The notes under the pieces are model-generated. The model was not told the origin of the DNA. It was given only the letters and a program-made list of their open reading frames with translations, and ran no database searches. Positions 27,336 through 37,420 of a DNA stretch of 64,000 nucleotides are shown here, piece by piece. Numbering within the stretch: position 1 is the stretch's first letter; each line of letters starts with the position of its first letter. The stretch is from the IMG/VR virus record IMGVR_UViG_3300044591_002613. The stretch is one strand, 5' to 3'. The stretch comes from a virus. A program made the position numbers and the translations under genes.

Positions 27336-30300
27336 ATGCATATTGTATCAAGGGTCGGCATAGGTAAAATTCCACCATCATCACCTCTGTATTTAGATGT
27401 TGGCGGTGCCGTTAATTTTGATAATACGTTACGTGTAATTGGCCAAACAACTGTTAATTCTTTGATTTCGTCTCAACTATCAACTAATTCTTTAGTTTAT
27501 GAAAGCAGAATTGAAGGCGAACCTAATGTTTTGTTTTCAATAAACCGAGATGGATTTCTTCAATGGGGATTAGGCGGTGCTCTTACCCCCGATACTAACC
27601 TATACCGATCCGCTGTTAGCACATTGCGAACCAGTTCTTCTTTTATTATTGACGGCTCTTTGAGTGTTGGTGACTCAACTGCAGACACAGCAGCGTTTAC
27701 TGCAAGAATTGCTAGCAATTTTGATCCAGCTACTACAAATTTATACAGCTTGGGTCAAGATTTATTACGATGGCAGAATTTATGGTTAAGTGTTAAATTA
27801 ACATCGGTAGATGGATTATTTACCGGAGATTTGCAGGTAGATGGTAACACCATACTCGGCAGTGCAGATACAGACACACTTGCAATTAACGCAAAAGTCT
27901 CTACATCTATTATTCCAGCTTCCGATAATTTAAATGATTTAGGTTCTAACTCGTTTAGATGGAAATCTTTGTGGCTCGGATCAAATTTAAAAGTTGATGG
28001 CAATGTTATTTTGGGAGATCTAAACTCAGACACCGTTGCGATCAACGGCAGGGTTTCAACTTCAATCGAACCTTCAGCAGATAATTTGCATAATTTAGGC
28101 AGCCTAGGACAACGCTGGTCTTCGTTGTGGCTTGGGACTGATCTTCAGGTAGACGGTAATTCTATATTAGGTAGTGCAAACACCGATACGGTTGCTATAA
28201 ATGCACAAATATCCACTTCATTAGTTCCATCTACTGATAATACAAACAATTTAGGCGATTTATCTAAGCGCTGGGCTTCTTTGTGGCTAGGCGCAGATCT
28301 TCAAGTAGACGGCGATACAATTCTTGGTGATTCGCCATCTGATACCGTTACAATAAACGCCGGCTTTGCCTCGCCTCTTAATCCGTCTGTAGATAACTTT
28401 TATGATCTAGGTACATTTGATTATAGATGGAAGCAAGTACACGTAGGGCCTGCTGGCCTTGTTGTTAGAAATGACAATACAGACACAGATAAAGTCTCTT
28501 TGTTTTTTAGTGCCGGAACAGCTACGCTGGGCAGTTCTAGTGCCGTAAATTTAAAAGTTACAACCGGTTTAAATAACGGAATTTTATTAGATACATCTGG
28601 AAACGTCGGAATTAATATTGCCTCCGGACCTCTATCAAAAGTTTTTAATGTAAACGGTACTTCAGATTTTTCCGACACGGCTTATTTTTCTAAGCCTTCC
28701 GGATATAGTCTTGAAGTACAATCTATTGCGGGAATAGCAGGTTCAATAGAATCTTCTAATTTAGAAAAACAATTAAATCTTGGCGTTGGCACCGAAACTG
28801 AGTTTATTAATCTTGGTACCGGATCTTTAACAAAAACGATCAACATTGGCACCGGCTCTGGTAAAACCACAATTAATATTGGCGGTGCTTCAGATATTAT
28901 CAATATTAATGGTACTGTAACAACAACACAAACTATACAATCTTTTGTTTCAGATAAAACTTTTTCTTTAAATGTTGGCGGCCTTAACGGAACTGCACAA
29001 AACAGCGGTCTTCTTGTAGAAGAAGCAAACAGTGTCCTATTAGATATTACCGATCCAACATGGCAGAGCGGAAATACAGTCAGATATTTTGCAATAGATA
29101 CTGGAAATATTGAAATTGGCTCAGTCGTTCTAGTTACTGGATTTTTCAATATTCAAAATAATGGTCAATTCGTTGTCACGAATGTTTCTGCAAATAGTTA
29201 TTTTGAAATTGAAAACGCAAATATTACCGATAGCAGTTTTGACGAAATTGCTTCTGGTCAATGCACTAATCCAATTGTGTCGGCAAAAATTTTGTTGTCA
29301 TCCGATAGATCGGGTTGGGAATTTTATTCTCCGGCAAATATTTCTAATTATTTTAAATTAAGCAATTCAGGAGCAAACGCGGAACTAAAATCTACTATAG
29401 ATGGATTAGTAGTAGTTTCAAATGCTCTTTTGCCAGATGTCGCAAACACTCCGATTGGATCGGCGGCAAAACAATGGGACGCGCATTTATACGATTTAAC
29501 AGTTTATAATGACTGCATTATTGGTAATGCATTAACAGATACATTGAATATTAATTCACTAACTTATTTTAACAATAACATCGACTCAAACGTTATTCCA
29601 GAAATTCATGAAAATTATAATCTAGGAACACCTTTTAACTCTTGGCAATCATTATATGTAAAGAATATTTATTCTAGCTTTTTAAGTCAGCTAAAAGGTT
29701 CAATCTATCTTGGTACAACTGCATCTGATGTTATTTATGCAAACGGTTGGTTTTCAACAAGTTTAATTGCTGTCGATAGTACATATGATATTGGTTCTTT
29801 AGCTACTCCATGGAATAATGTTTTTGCAAATAAATTATTTTTGCAAAACTATACGCCTGGATCTATCACATTCATTAACGATGCATTTGAAATTGCAGAA
29901 GCAAATAGTAAGTTATTCTGGGACATCGCCAACGAAAGATTGTATCTTGGCCAAAATACTGGTTCGTATATCTTAGATATAGCAAAAGCTGGCGCAGATT
30001 CAATCAGATTAAGAAATACAACGGATTCTCAAGCAATTGCATTAAATGCAAACTCCGCATCTACAAAGTTAGAGTTTACTTCTTCTTTGCAATTCGGCGC
30101 AAATACTTATGCAAACGTTGGTAACGGTGGGTCAACAGCAGTACTAGAACTTACCTCCTCACAAGTAAAACTTTTAGGGGCAGTTTCGGTCAACTCTGTA
30201 TCAGTGGGTACTGCTACGTATACAGTGCAATCTACAGACGTAATTATTAATGTTGACACTATGTCTTCTGGTTGTGCAATCACTTTACCTTCTGCAGTAA

Positions 30301-30488
30301 CAAAGCGTTTACTGGTGATTAAAGACATTGGAAATAATGCATCAATGACAGGAAGGTCAATACAGTTATCTCCAGCATCTAACGAATATGTAGAGTTTAA
30401 TGCGATTAATACGGCGTATGTTTTAGATAGAGATGGAGAATCTGTAACGCTACAAAGCGACGGTGTAAATCGCTGGTATATTATTTAA
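27336..30488 (+). CDS. Long tail fibre with 52-aa repeats and C-terminal gp9/gp10-like domain
   Basis: N-terminus MHIVSRVGIGK shared with 25197; repeats DLQVDGN.ILG...DT..IN...S..P..DN...LG....RW..LWLG; C-terminal INVDT...ITLPSA...IKD...ESVTLQSDG.NRWYII. Confidence 0.8.
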   Translation: MHIVSRVGIGKIPPSSPLYLDVGGAVNFDNTLRVIGQTTVNSLISSQLSTNSLVYESRIEGEPNVLFSINRDGFLQWGLGGALTPDTNLYRSAVSTLRTSSSFIIDGSLSVGDSTADTAAFTARIASNFDPATTNLYSLGQDLLRWQNLWLSVKLTSVDGLFTGDLQVDGNTILGSADTDTLAINAKVSTSIIPASDNLNDLGSNSFRWKSLWLGSNLKVDGNVILGDLNSDTVAINGRVSTSIEPSADNLHNLGSLGQRWSSLWLGTDLQVDGNSILGSANTDTVAINAQISTSLVPSTDNTNNLGDLSKRWASLWLGADLQVDGDTILGDSPSDTVTINAGFASPLNPSVDNFYDLGTFDYRWKQVHVGPAGLVVRNDNTDTDKVSLFFSAGTATLGSSSAVNLKVTTGLNNGILLDTSGNVGINIASGPLSKVFNVNGTSDFSDTAYFSKPSGYSLEVQSIAGIAGSIESSNLEKQLNLGVGTETEFINLGTGSLTKTINIGTGSGKTTINIGGASDIININGTVTTTQTIQSFVSDKTFSLNVGGLNGTAQNSGLLVEEANSVLLDITDPTWQSGNTVRYFAIDTGNIEIGSVVLVTGFFNIQNNGQFVVTNVSANSYFEIENANITDSSFDEIASGQCTNPIVSAKILLSSDRSGWEFYSPANISNYFKLSNSGANAELKSTIDGLVVVSNALLPDVANTPIGSAAKQWDAHLYDLTVYNDCIIGNALTDTLNINSLTYFNNNIDSNVIPEIHENYNLGTPFNSWQSLYVKNIYSSFLSQLKGSIYLGTTASDVIYANGWFSTSLIAVDSTYDIGSLATPWNNVFANKLFLQNYTPGSITFINDAFEIAEANSKLFWDIANERLYLGQNTGSYILDIAKAGADSIRLRNTTDSQAIALNANSASTKLEFTSSLQFGANTYANVGNGGSTAVLELTSSQVKLLGAVSVNSVSVGTATYTVQSTDVIINVDTMSSGCAITLPSAVTKRLLVIKDIGNNASMTGRSIQLSPASNEYVEFNAINTAYVLDRDGESVTLQSDGVNRWYII
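27828..28450 (+). repeat. Four tandem 156-bp (52-aa) intragenic repeats, plus a degenerate upstream copy
   Basis: Unit starts at 27828, 27984, 28140 and 28296 (exact 156-bp spacing). Confidence 0.9.
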
Positions 30489-30503
30489 TCGGAGATAAAT
30501 AAA

Positions 30504-30881
30504 ATGGCATATTCAGGAACAGAACGCGGAAAGAAAAAAGCACTGGCTTCGGTCCGTCTTGTGCATCAAGGCGCGGGAGCAGCACAGCTTTATAAAGATT
30601 TAGATTTACCGTCGTCAGTCACTATTAGTACATCGACGTGGCTAGAGCTGTTTAACTCTTCGGCGGCAAAAGTCACTATGGTTGAAATTTTTAGCTCTAG
30701 CGGTGAAGTAGAAATTCTTGCTACTGGTGATTCTGGTTTAGAAACGGTTTTATTTAGAATCATTCCAGGTGGCGGTGGATATGGTCTTATTCAAATAGAT
30801 GCAGCCACTCGTATTTGCTATCGCCCAGAATCTGTTGTTCCCGGTGCTAACAGCGAATTAATTATCAACTTTTTCAACTAA
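30504..30881 (+). CDS. Small virion structural protein (beta-sandwich-like)
   Basis: 125-aa ORF with GGAG RBS in the tail operon. Confidence 0.65.
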   Translation: MAYSGTERGKKKALASVRLVHQGAGAAQLYKDLDLPSSVTISTSTWLELFNSSAAKVTMVEIFSSSGEVEILATGDSGLETVLFRIIPGGGGYGLIQIDAATRICYRPESVVPGANSELIINFFN

Positions 30882-30900
30882 AAAATATCTAAGATATATC

Positions 30901-30937
30901 GTGTTACAATTTAATTGCGGTCACTGGCAAAAGCCAC
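30901..30937 (+). promoter_or_regulatory. Conserved 37-bp leader (TACAAT -10-like box plus TGGC-N4-GCCA hairpin), copy 1
   Basis: 32/37 identical to 39325..39361; both copies precede paralogous fibre genes. Confidence 0.65.
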
Positions 30938-31008
30938 ATACAGATTTTCTGGCCAGCAATTAGTGCTTTAGCGTAATTCCTAGCCAGAAATTAACAAAGG
31001 TATTACGT

Positions 31009-32853
31009 ATGAGCAGCGCTATTATATTTAATGGCGATTATCTAAAAGCCCTCAAACCTAAACTGAAACTCAGTGATGCTGCGTATATAGAAACTGGATC
31101 TGCAGATCCTACCACTTTATCATTATCATCGCCAACCGGCTCGCTTTATCTTAGATCAAACGGCGCTCTTTATATTAAATATGCCGCTGCGGCTTCAGCA
31201 TGGGCTCCTGCATTAACTACCGGTACTGGTGGCACTTTAACTAGCACGTCTTTGCAAGACAGTACGGTTTATTTTGTTGATGAAATAGACCCTACTAAAA
31301 AATTGTATTTTCAACTGTCTGGTATTAGCAATAACACATCAATAACTTTAACAATTCCAAACACTAGTGGAACTATTCCATTAGGAACAAGCACAAACGG
31401 ATATGTTACATACTGGAGTGCTACCAACACATTGACCGGCGAGGCGCAACTCGCCTCCACAAGAGGTGGTACCGGTGTTAATAACACAGGTACGCTTACT
31501 TATGGCTCTAATAATATTACATTTACTACATCTGGAGTAACAGCCCTTACTCTGCCAGCCGTAGGAACAGTAGCTACTCTTGCCGGCATCGAAAACTTTG
31601 ATAATAAAACAATTAATTCTTCGTCGATTGGTTCTACAACAGCAAGCTCTGGCGCTTTTACCTATTTAACAGTAAAAGGTACCGGTTCTGCCGGAACTGC
31701 ATATGTTGATTTATTAAACGAATCATCTGCTCCAACTTCTCCAACCGTTGGATATACAAGGTTTTATACCACCGCTGATGTTTTAAATTTAAAAAACGCT
31801 GCTAACGAAGTATTTGCAATTGATTATTCTGGAATAACAGCATCGAGAACGTTAACAGCTCCAAATATATCCTCAACAATTGCCACTTTAGATGGAAACC
31901 AAACCTTTACAGGCGTGCTTTCATTAAGCACAGCAAATGCTGTAAGCCTAGCAATTACCGGTGGACTTAAAGTTGGTAATGTGACGTCTACGGCTGCTAC
32001 AGCGGGTAGCGGTGCAATAAAGTATACAAGCGGCTTTTTGTATTATTCCGATGGCACAAACTGGAATACTATTGCGCAGTATGCAAACTCTATATACCAA
32101 AGCACATCGTTTACGGCTTCAAATAACGTCAATTATTTCGTTGATACTACATCCGTCGCAGTTACTGCTACATTGCCGTCGGGTTCAGTTAATGCGCGTA
32201 TCAGATTTGCCGATGTAAAAGAAAAATGGGGATTGAATAATTTTACAATCACCCCGGCAACTGGTGAAAAAATTGATAACTTAGCAATAAATGAATCTTT
32301 AATCATGGACATTAATGGTTCGTGGATTGAGCTGGCATGGGATTCTACATCCTCTTCTTGGGTTGTAACTGGCTCATTGTCATACGGAACTACACCTTTT
32401 GGTTTTGTTACCCATACTGGAAATAGCTTAGCAACTGATTTACTAATCGGTACTAATGATAATTATGCTCTAGCGTTTGAAACAAACGGATCAGAGCGTA
32501 TGAGAATTACTAATACAGGATTTGTTGGAATTAATACACTTTCTCCGCAAGCGCCACTAGATCTTAGCGGTGGCTTCAAAGGTTCTTATGATTCTTACGC
32601 TGTAAATGCAAATTTAAATAAATATCACCATTTTGTGGTTGCTACCGCCGCCATCACTTTAAATTTACCAACATTAACATCAAACGATGCAGGGTTTACT
32701 CTTTATATTAAAAGAGTTACAGCGACTGGAATTGTAACTATAAATCCCGGTGTTGGTGTCACAATTGATGGCGCTAGTTCATGGCCATTAACATCAAATT
32801 ACGAATCAGTTAAATTAGTTTGGCGCGGTTCTACTGATTGGAGTATTTTCTGA
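31009..32853 (+). CDS. Mosaic fibre/adaptor protein A with two gp9/gp10-like domains
   Basis: First ~250 aa closely paralogous to 39388; internal YFVDTT..AVTATLP...GEKIDN and C-terminal ITLNLP...TIDG...ESVKLV domains. Confidence 0.78.
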   Translation: MSSAIIFNGDYLKALKPKLKLSDAAYIETGSADPTTLSLSSPTGSLYLRSNGALYIKYAAAASAWAPALTTGTGGTLTSTSLQDSTVYFVDEIDPTKKLYFQLSGISNNTSITLTIPNTSGTIPLGTSTNGYVTYWSATNTLTGEAQLASTRGGTGVNNTGTLTYGSNNITFTTSGVTALTLPAVGTVATLAGIENFDNKTINSSSIGSTTASSGAFTYLTVKGTGSAGTAYVDLLNESSAPTSPTVGYTRFYTTADVLNLKNAANEVFAIDYSGITASRTLTAPNISSTIATLDGNQTFTGVLSLSTANAVSLAITGGLKVGNVTSTAATAGSGAIKYTSGFLYYSDGTNWNTIAQYANSIYQSTSFTASNNVNYFVDTTSVAVTATLPSGSVNARIRFADVKEKWGLNNFTITPATGEKIDNLAINESLIMDINGSWIELAWDSTSSSWVVTGSLSYGTTPFGFVTHTGNSLATDLLIGTNDNYALAFETNGSERMRITNTGFVGINTLSPQAPLDLSGGFKGSYDSYAVNANLNKYHHFVVATAAITLNLPTLTSNDAGFTLYIKRVTATGIVTINPGVGVTIDGASSWPLTSNYESVKLVWRGSTDWSIF

Positions 32854-32854
32854 T

Positions 32855-33514
32855 ATGGCGTACTTACCATTTCCATCAGGAACATTATTAACGTTTGCCG
32901 GATCAACAGCACCAGATGGCTGGCTTTTATGTGACGGTTCTGCAGTAAGCAGGACGACTTACGCTCGTCTATTTGCTGCAATTTCTACTACATACGGTAA
33001 CGGTGATGGCGCTTTAACATTTAACATACCAGATTTACGCGGTGTTTATCCGCGTGGCGCGGGAACAAATGGCACAGCAAACTATGGTGGTGTAACTGGC
33101 CACACACCAACAGCAGGTGTTTTAGCTACTAAAGGTGGGCAAAAGACTGCAAAAAATGGTTTGAGCAATGCCGCAAGCTCATTATCTGCGTTAACATTAA
33201 ACAGCAGCGGCGTTTCTGGATCTGCTACTTCTGGCGGTGTAGATCATACACACACTGCAGGCATCTTTCGCAATACCGCAGATTTTACAAACGGAACCAC
33301 TGGTCTAATTAGACAAGGTGGAGCTTCGACCCCTACTAGTTTTGGTACGGCAGAGGCAACAGCAGGCGCATCGGCCTTTAACCATACACATGGATTATCT
33401 GGGACTGCAGCGGCTCAGGGTCTTTCTTCTAGCACCGTTACCGCACAAACAATTACTGGCGATACCGAAACAACTCCTGCCTTTTTGGCAGTTAACTATA
33501 TTATCAAACTATGA
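32855..33514 (+). CDS. Tail-collar (T4 gp12-like) short fibre, two HxH motifs
   Basis: PSGTLLTFAG..APDGWLLCDGSAVSRTTYARLF...FNIPDLRG; ends NYIIKL. Confidence 0.9.
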   Translation: MAYLPFPSGTLLTFAGSTAPDGWLLCDGSAVSRTTYARLFAAISTTYGNGDGALTFNIPDLRGVYPRGAGTNGTANYGGVTGHTPTAGVLATKGGQKTAKNGLSNAASSLSALTLNSSGVSGSATSGGVDHTHTAGIFRNTADFTNGTTGLIRQGGASTPTSFGTAEATAGASAFNHTHGLSGTAAAQGLSSSTVTAQTITGDTETTPAFLAVNYIIKL

Positions 33515-33557
33515 AAATACTAATATCTTTAACTAACAATTTAATAGGAAGAAATCT

Positions 33558-34229
33558 ATGATTGTTACTAAAGATACATCTGTTAATTTTCCATTTTTTA
33601 TTATTAAAGATTTTCTTCCAAATCCAGAACTGTATAGAAAAATGGTTTTAGAAGGGGAATACGATAAAACCAACGGTTATTGGGTGGGGGATAATGTCAT
33701 TCTTCCGCAAGAATTTAAAGACAGAACACTAGAATATATTCTAGATACTGCGGCAAAAACACTAAACGACTATGTGTGGACACATCGACCATTCATTTCA
33801 TTTCGCAGATTAGAACAGCCCAGAACATCTGAACTAGCCGCGCATGTTGATCGACCAAAAGAATTTGACTTTGATAACCAAGGACGTCCTATTTATGCCA
33901 ATTATAAATATTGGGCCTTCATTTTAGATTTTACTCCGCAAGATAAATCTGCAAGATTTTGTTTTTGCGAAAACGACAGTGGCGAGCGCTTTGTTAAAGC
34001 GAGTACCCTTCCAGATTTAGAAAGACAAAAAGATTTTTCTAAGTGGAGTATTTATAAAGATTTTTATTATTCGTATAATACAGCAATTATGTTTCCAGCT
34101 CACTTCTGGCATACAGCAATTGACTTTACATGTTCTAAAGAACTGCCTAGAACAATGGCTGTAACATGGTTTTATTCTGGATTTAATGCAAAATATAATA
34201 AATGTGGTATACCATCTATTGATGAGTAA
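33558..34229 (+). CDS. 2OG-Fe(II) oxygenase-like protein (DUF6445-like)
   Basis: IIKDFLPNP N-terminus, HVD, YN..IMFPA.FWH and distal R (PRTMAVTWF): HxD...H facial-triad pattern. Confidence 0.7.
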   Translation: MIVTKDTSVNFPFFIIKDFLPNPELYRKMVLEGEYDKTNGYWVGDNVILPQEFKDRTLEYILDTAAKTLNDYVWTHRPFISFRRLEQPRTSELAAHVDRPKEFDFDNQGRPIYANYKYWAFILDFTPQDKSARFCFCENDSGERFVKASTLPDLERQKDFSKWSIYKDFYYSYNTAIMFPAHFWHTAIDFTCSKELPRTMAVTWFYSGFNAKYNKCGIPSIDE

Positions 34230-34240
34230 AGGGCTTAGCG

Positions 34241-36937
34241 ATGGCTTTATGGTCTAATAAAACAGTACAAGTACCAGGATTGGCGTCTGTTTACGCATCC
34301 ACTGGGCCAATCACAGCCGAAAGCCGTCGTCATTATATTCTTGATACAACATCAAATACAATTGTTGTTAATTTGCCGATTGGTATTGATGGAACAACGA
34401 TCCGTATTTCCGACGCTAAAGGTACATTTTTAACAAACAACGTAACTGTTAATCCAGCGTCTGGCGAAAAAATTAATAACTTAACAACAAACGAACCGCT
34501 CATTCTAGATGCAAATGAAATGTGGATTGAGTTTACATGGAATGCATCGGCAGGATCTTGGATTGTTAATGCGCCTGGCATACTCGCGTTAATAACAGAT
34601 ACATATACTGATTATCCATATATCACGTCCCCCTCATCTCCAGCAACAAGTACACTCAGACTTTATGCAAAATCGGATGGAAAACTTTATACAAAAGATT
34701 CGTCGGGATCCGAAAAAAAAGTTGGTGGTGGATTAGACCATCCAACAACCGGATCAACGTTTGAAGTTGATAGTTATAATGCGTCAATGACTGGCCAATA
34801 CAATACCGGTATTGGTTATCTTGCTGGTGTTTCTATAACTTCTGGTTCAGAAAATACAGTATTAGGGTTAAGTGCCGGCCAACAAATAACGACTGGCGGA
34901 TCAAACACATTAATTGGATCTGGCGCCGGTTTATATATCAGCGCAAATGGTTCGAACACAGCAGTTGGAAGAAATTCGTTTCGATCATACGGAACTGTTA
35001 GTAACTCAACTGCCATAGGTTCTAGTGCAGGATTTTATGCACAAGGAAGCGGTCACACATTAATTGGATCAAATGCAGATTCTTATACTGATTCTGGTTC
35101 ATATAACAACACAGCAATTGGTAAAGAGACTGGCATCCAAACAAGTTCAACCGGTGTATCAGGAACTGTGTGCATCGGAATTGATAGTTCTGGAAATGCC
35201 GCAGTTGCAACTTCTAGCAATCAATTTGTATTAGGCGCAATAAATCATAAATATAGATTTCCCGGCGTCGTAGAAACATCTTTGGTTCTCGGACCCACAG
35301 GAACATTAACTGGTCAAACGGGTGAGCTCAGGTTTAGAGAACTTGTTGCTAACGGCACGCATTCTGTTGGTTTAAAGGCTGCAGATTTAATTGCGGCTGA
35401 TGTTACTTGGACATTACCATCCGCAGATGGCACAAGCGGACAGGCGTTAGTTACTAACGGGTCTGGAGTGTTAAGCTTTTCATCGATTGTGGCTAAATCT
35501 GGCGACTCCATGACTGGCGCATTAACTATGAATGCGCAAAACCAGATTAGATTTGCCGACAGCGATTCATCAAACTACGTTGGTTTTCAAGCTCCAGCAA
35601 CTATATCTACAAACAGAATTTGGACATTACCATCTGCAGATGGGATTAACGGCCAAGCCCTTACTACTAATGGTTCAGGAACATTAAGTTGGGCGCCTGC
35701 CGGAAACACTATTGTTTTAGTTACTCAAAACACACATGGGTTTACTGCCGCAGATGTTGGCCGACCACTGTATTTAAGTGGATCAACCTATACATATGCC
35801 AGAGCAGACTTGGAAGCTACTGCCGAAGTAGCGGGACTTATTTATAGCATTATTGATACAAATACTTTCCAAATTTGTTTAGGTGGGGAAGTTACTTCTG
35901 TTGGCGCAAACCTTGTTGATGGTGGCGGATCTTTAGCCGCTGGCGAAGTTTACTTCTTGTCACCGACAACTGCCGGAAAAATTACTACAACTCCACCATC
36001 TGTGGTTGGTCAAATTTCTAAACCGATTGGTGTTGCCAGAACAACTACTGCATTAGATTTTTACAATATGCGCGGTAGTGCAGTTGGTGGATCTAACGTT
36101 TATACACAGATTTCACTAGCAAATGCTGTTGCAACAACAATTCAAAACGCAAGTGCATATAACGCGGTTGAGCTTGTTGGATTTATTTATATAAATGCCA
36201 CAACACCATATCGTTTTACTTTTAAAGCGCAAGTAACCAAAAAGGGTGATGCTACTGACTATTTAATTAGTTATCAAACATCTGGTGATACACCGCCGGT
36301 AGGATTTAATATTTCCGTAACGACTGGCGGATTGGTTCAAGTAACACTGCCATCAGTAGCCGGATTTACCAGCGCGATTGCACAATTCAGCCTGAACGGG
36401 CCAGCTGTTGGCGTATCGCTACCCTTACAAATTCAGTCTAGCCTACTAACGCTAAATGCTGGAATTCAATTTCCAGCGACTATGATTGCTAGTTCAGATC
36501 CAAACAATTTAGATGATTACGAAGAAGGTGTTTTTGCGCCTTCTTTTTATGGAAGCTCTACTGCCGGAACTTGGACCCCAAACGCAACACAAACCGGTGG
36601 ATATTATATTAAAATTGGTAAACTTGTTTATTTATTTATTAATCTTAATGGTACGATGTCCGGAGCAGCCGGAGAATTGCGAATTGGCAATCTTCCTCAT
36701 CCAAGAGCTGCATCAAATGCGGGCAATGCATGGAATGCAACATATTCAGCATTTACTATGGCATATGGCAACGGCTTAACATGGACTGCAGGTCATTATT
36801 GTTCCGGCTGGCTAATCAATCCTTCTAACTTTTTGTATGGCCATACAATGCCAACGGGCGGTGGCACCGCAGGCGTTATTAATGTAACCAATGGTGTCTT
36901 AAACGTTCACATTGCTGGCGCGTATTATACAGATTAA
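34241..36937 (+). CDS. Mosaic fibre protein B
   Basis: N-terminal gp10-like domain, NTxxG beta-roll repeats, ELRFRE...WTLPSADG modules, HGF...AEVAGL domain, C-terminal LDDYEEG...YIKIG domain. Confidence 0.8.
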   Translation: MALWSNKTVQVPGLASVYASTGPITAESRRHYILDTTSNTIVVNLPIGIDGTTIRISDAKGTFLTNNVTVNPASGEKINNLTTNEPLILDANEMWIEFTWNASAGSWIVNAPGILALITDTYTDYPYITSPSSPATSTLRLYAKSDGKLYTKDSSGSEKKVGGGLDHPTTGSTFEVDSYNASMTGQYNTGIGYLAGVSITSGSENTVLGLSAGQQITTGGSNTLIGSGAGLYISANGSNTAVGRNSFRSYGTVSNSTAIGSSAGFYAQGSGHTLIGSNADSYTDSGSYNNTAIGKETGIQTSSTGVSGTVCIGIDSSGNAAVATSSNQFVLGAINHKYRFPGVVETSLVLGPTGTLTGQTGELRFRELVANGTHSVGLKAADLIAADVTWTLPSADGTSGQALVTNGSGVLSFSSIVAKSGDSMTGALTMNAQNQIRFADSDSSNYVGFQAPATISTNRIWTLPSADGINGQALTTNGSGTLSWAPAGNTIVLVTQNTHGFTAADVGRPLYLSGSTYTYARADLEATAEVAGLIYSIIDTNTFQICLGGEVTSVGANLVDGGGSLAAGEVYFLSPTTAGKITTTPPSVVGQISKPIGVARTTTALDFYNMRGSAVGGSNVYTQISLANAVATTIQNASAYNAVELVGFIYINATTPYRFTFKAQVTKKGDATDYLISYQTSGDTPPVGFNISVTTGGLVQVTLPSVAGFTSAIAQFSLNGPAVGVSLPLQIQSSLLTLNAGIQFPATMIASSDPNNLDDYEEGVFAPSFYGSSTAGTWTPNATQTGGYYIKIGKLVYLFINLNGTMSGAAGELRIGNLPHPRAASNAGNAWNATYSAFTMAYGNGLTWTAGHYCSGWLINPSNFLYGHTMPTGGGTAGVINVTNGVLNVHIAGAYYTD

Positions 36938-36951
36938 TCAAAGGGATAATC

Positions 36952-37416
36952 ATGGCTCAGGTGCCGTTAATTAATCATACAACCGCGCTAAATCCAAATC
37001 GACCAGCATTTTTGGTCGGCTGGCCCGGCTCCATGTCTATTACTGGCACCGCTGCTCTTCCACCAACTGGCGGAACTGTAAAGATCAATATTGGATCAAA
37101 TTTTAATACGTCTACAATGCGGTTTACGTGTCCCGTTAACGGCGTTTATATGATAGGTGGTAGTTATTTAAGACAAAGTAGTAATAACATAGTTGTTCGT
37201 ATGAACGCATATAAAAATGGAGTTTCTGAAGGGCAACAACTCCGTACAACAGAAGGTTATACGGGATATAATTACACTGCGGGTCAATGGTGGATAATAA
37301 ACGCAAATGCTGGAGATTTATTAGATATCAGAATTTGGTCTGATGCCCCGACCACATTATACGCAGACACAGGAAGCGCTGAGTATAATTGGGTTTCCGG
37401 ATATTTATTAGGATAA
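36952..37416 (+). CDS. C1q/TNF-like domain protein (putative fibre tip/adhesin)
   Basis: PAF...NIGSNFN.ST.RFTCPVNGVY...GD.L.I...SGYLLG matches the C1q signature. Confidence 0.78.
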   Translation: MAQVPLINHTTALNPNRPAFLVGWPGSMSITGTAALPPTGGTVKINIGSNFNTSTMRFTCPVNGVYMIGGSYLRQSSNNIVVRMNAYKNGVSEGQQLRTTEGYTGYNYTAGQWWIINANAGDLLDIRIWSDAPTTLYADTGSAEYNWVSGYLLG

Positions 37417-37420
37417 AAAT

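Noticed and set aside
27828-28450. CRISPR-like or non-coding repeat array
   Set aside because: The repeats are in-frame 156-bp protein repeats with synonymous divergence and no spacers.
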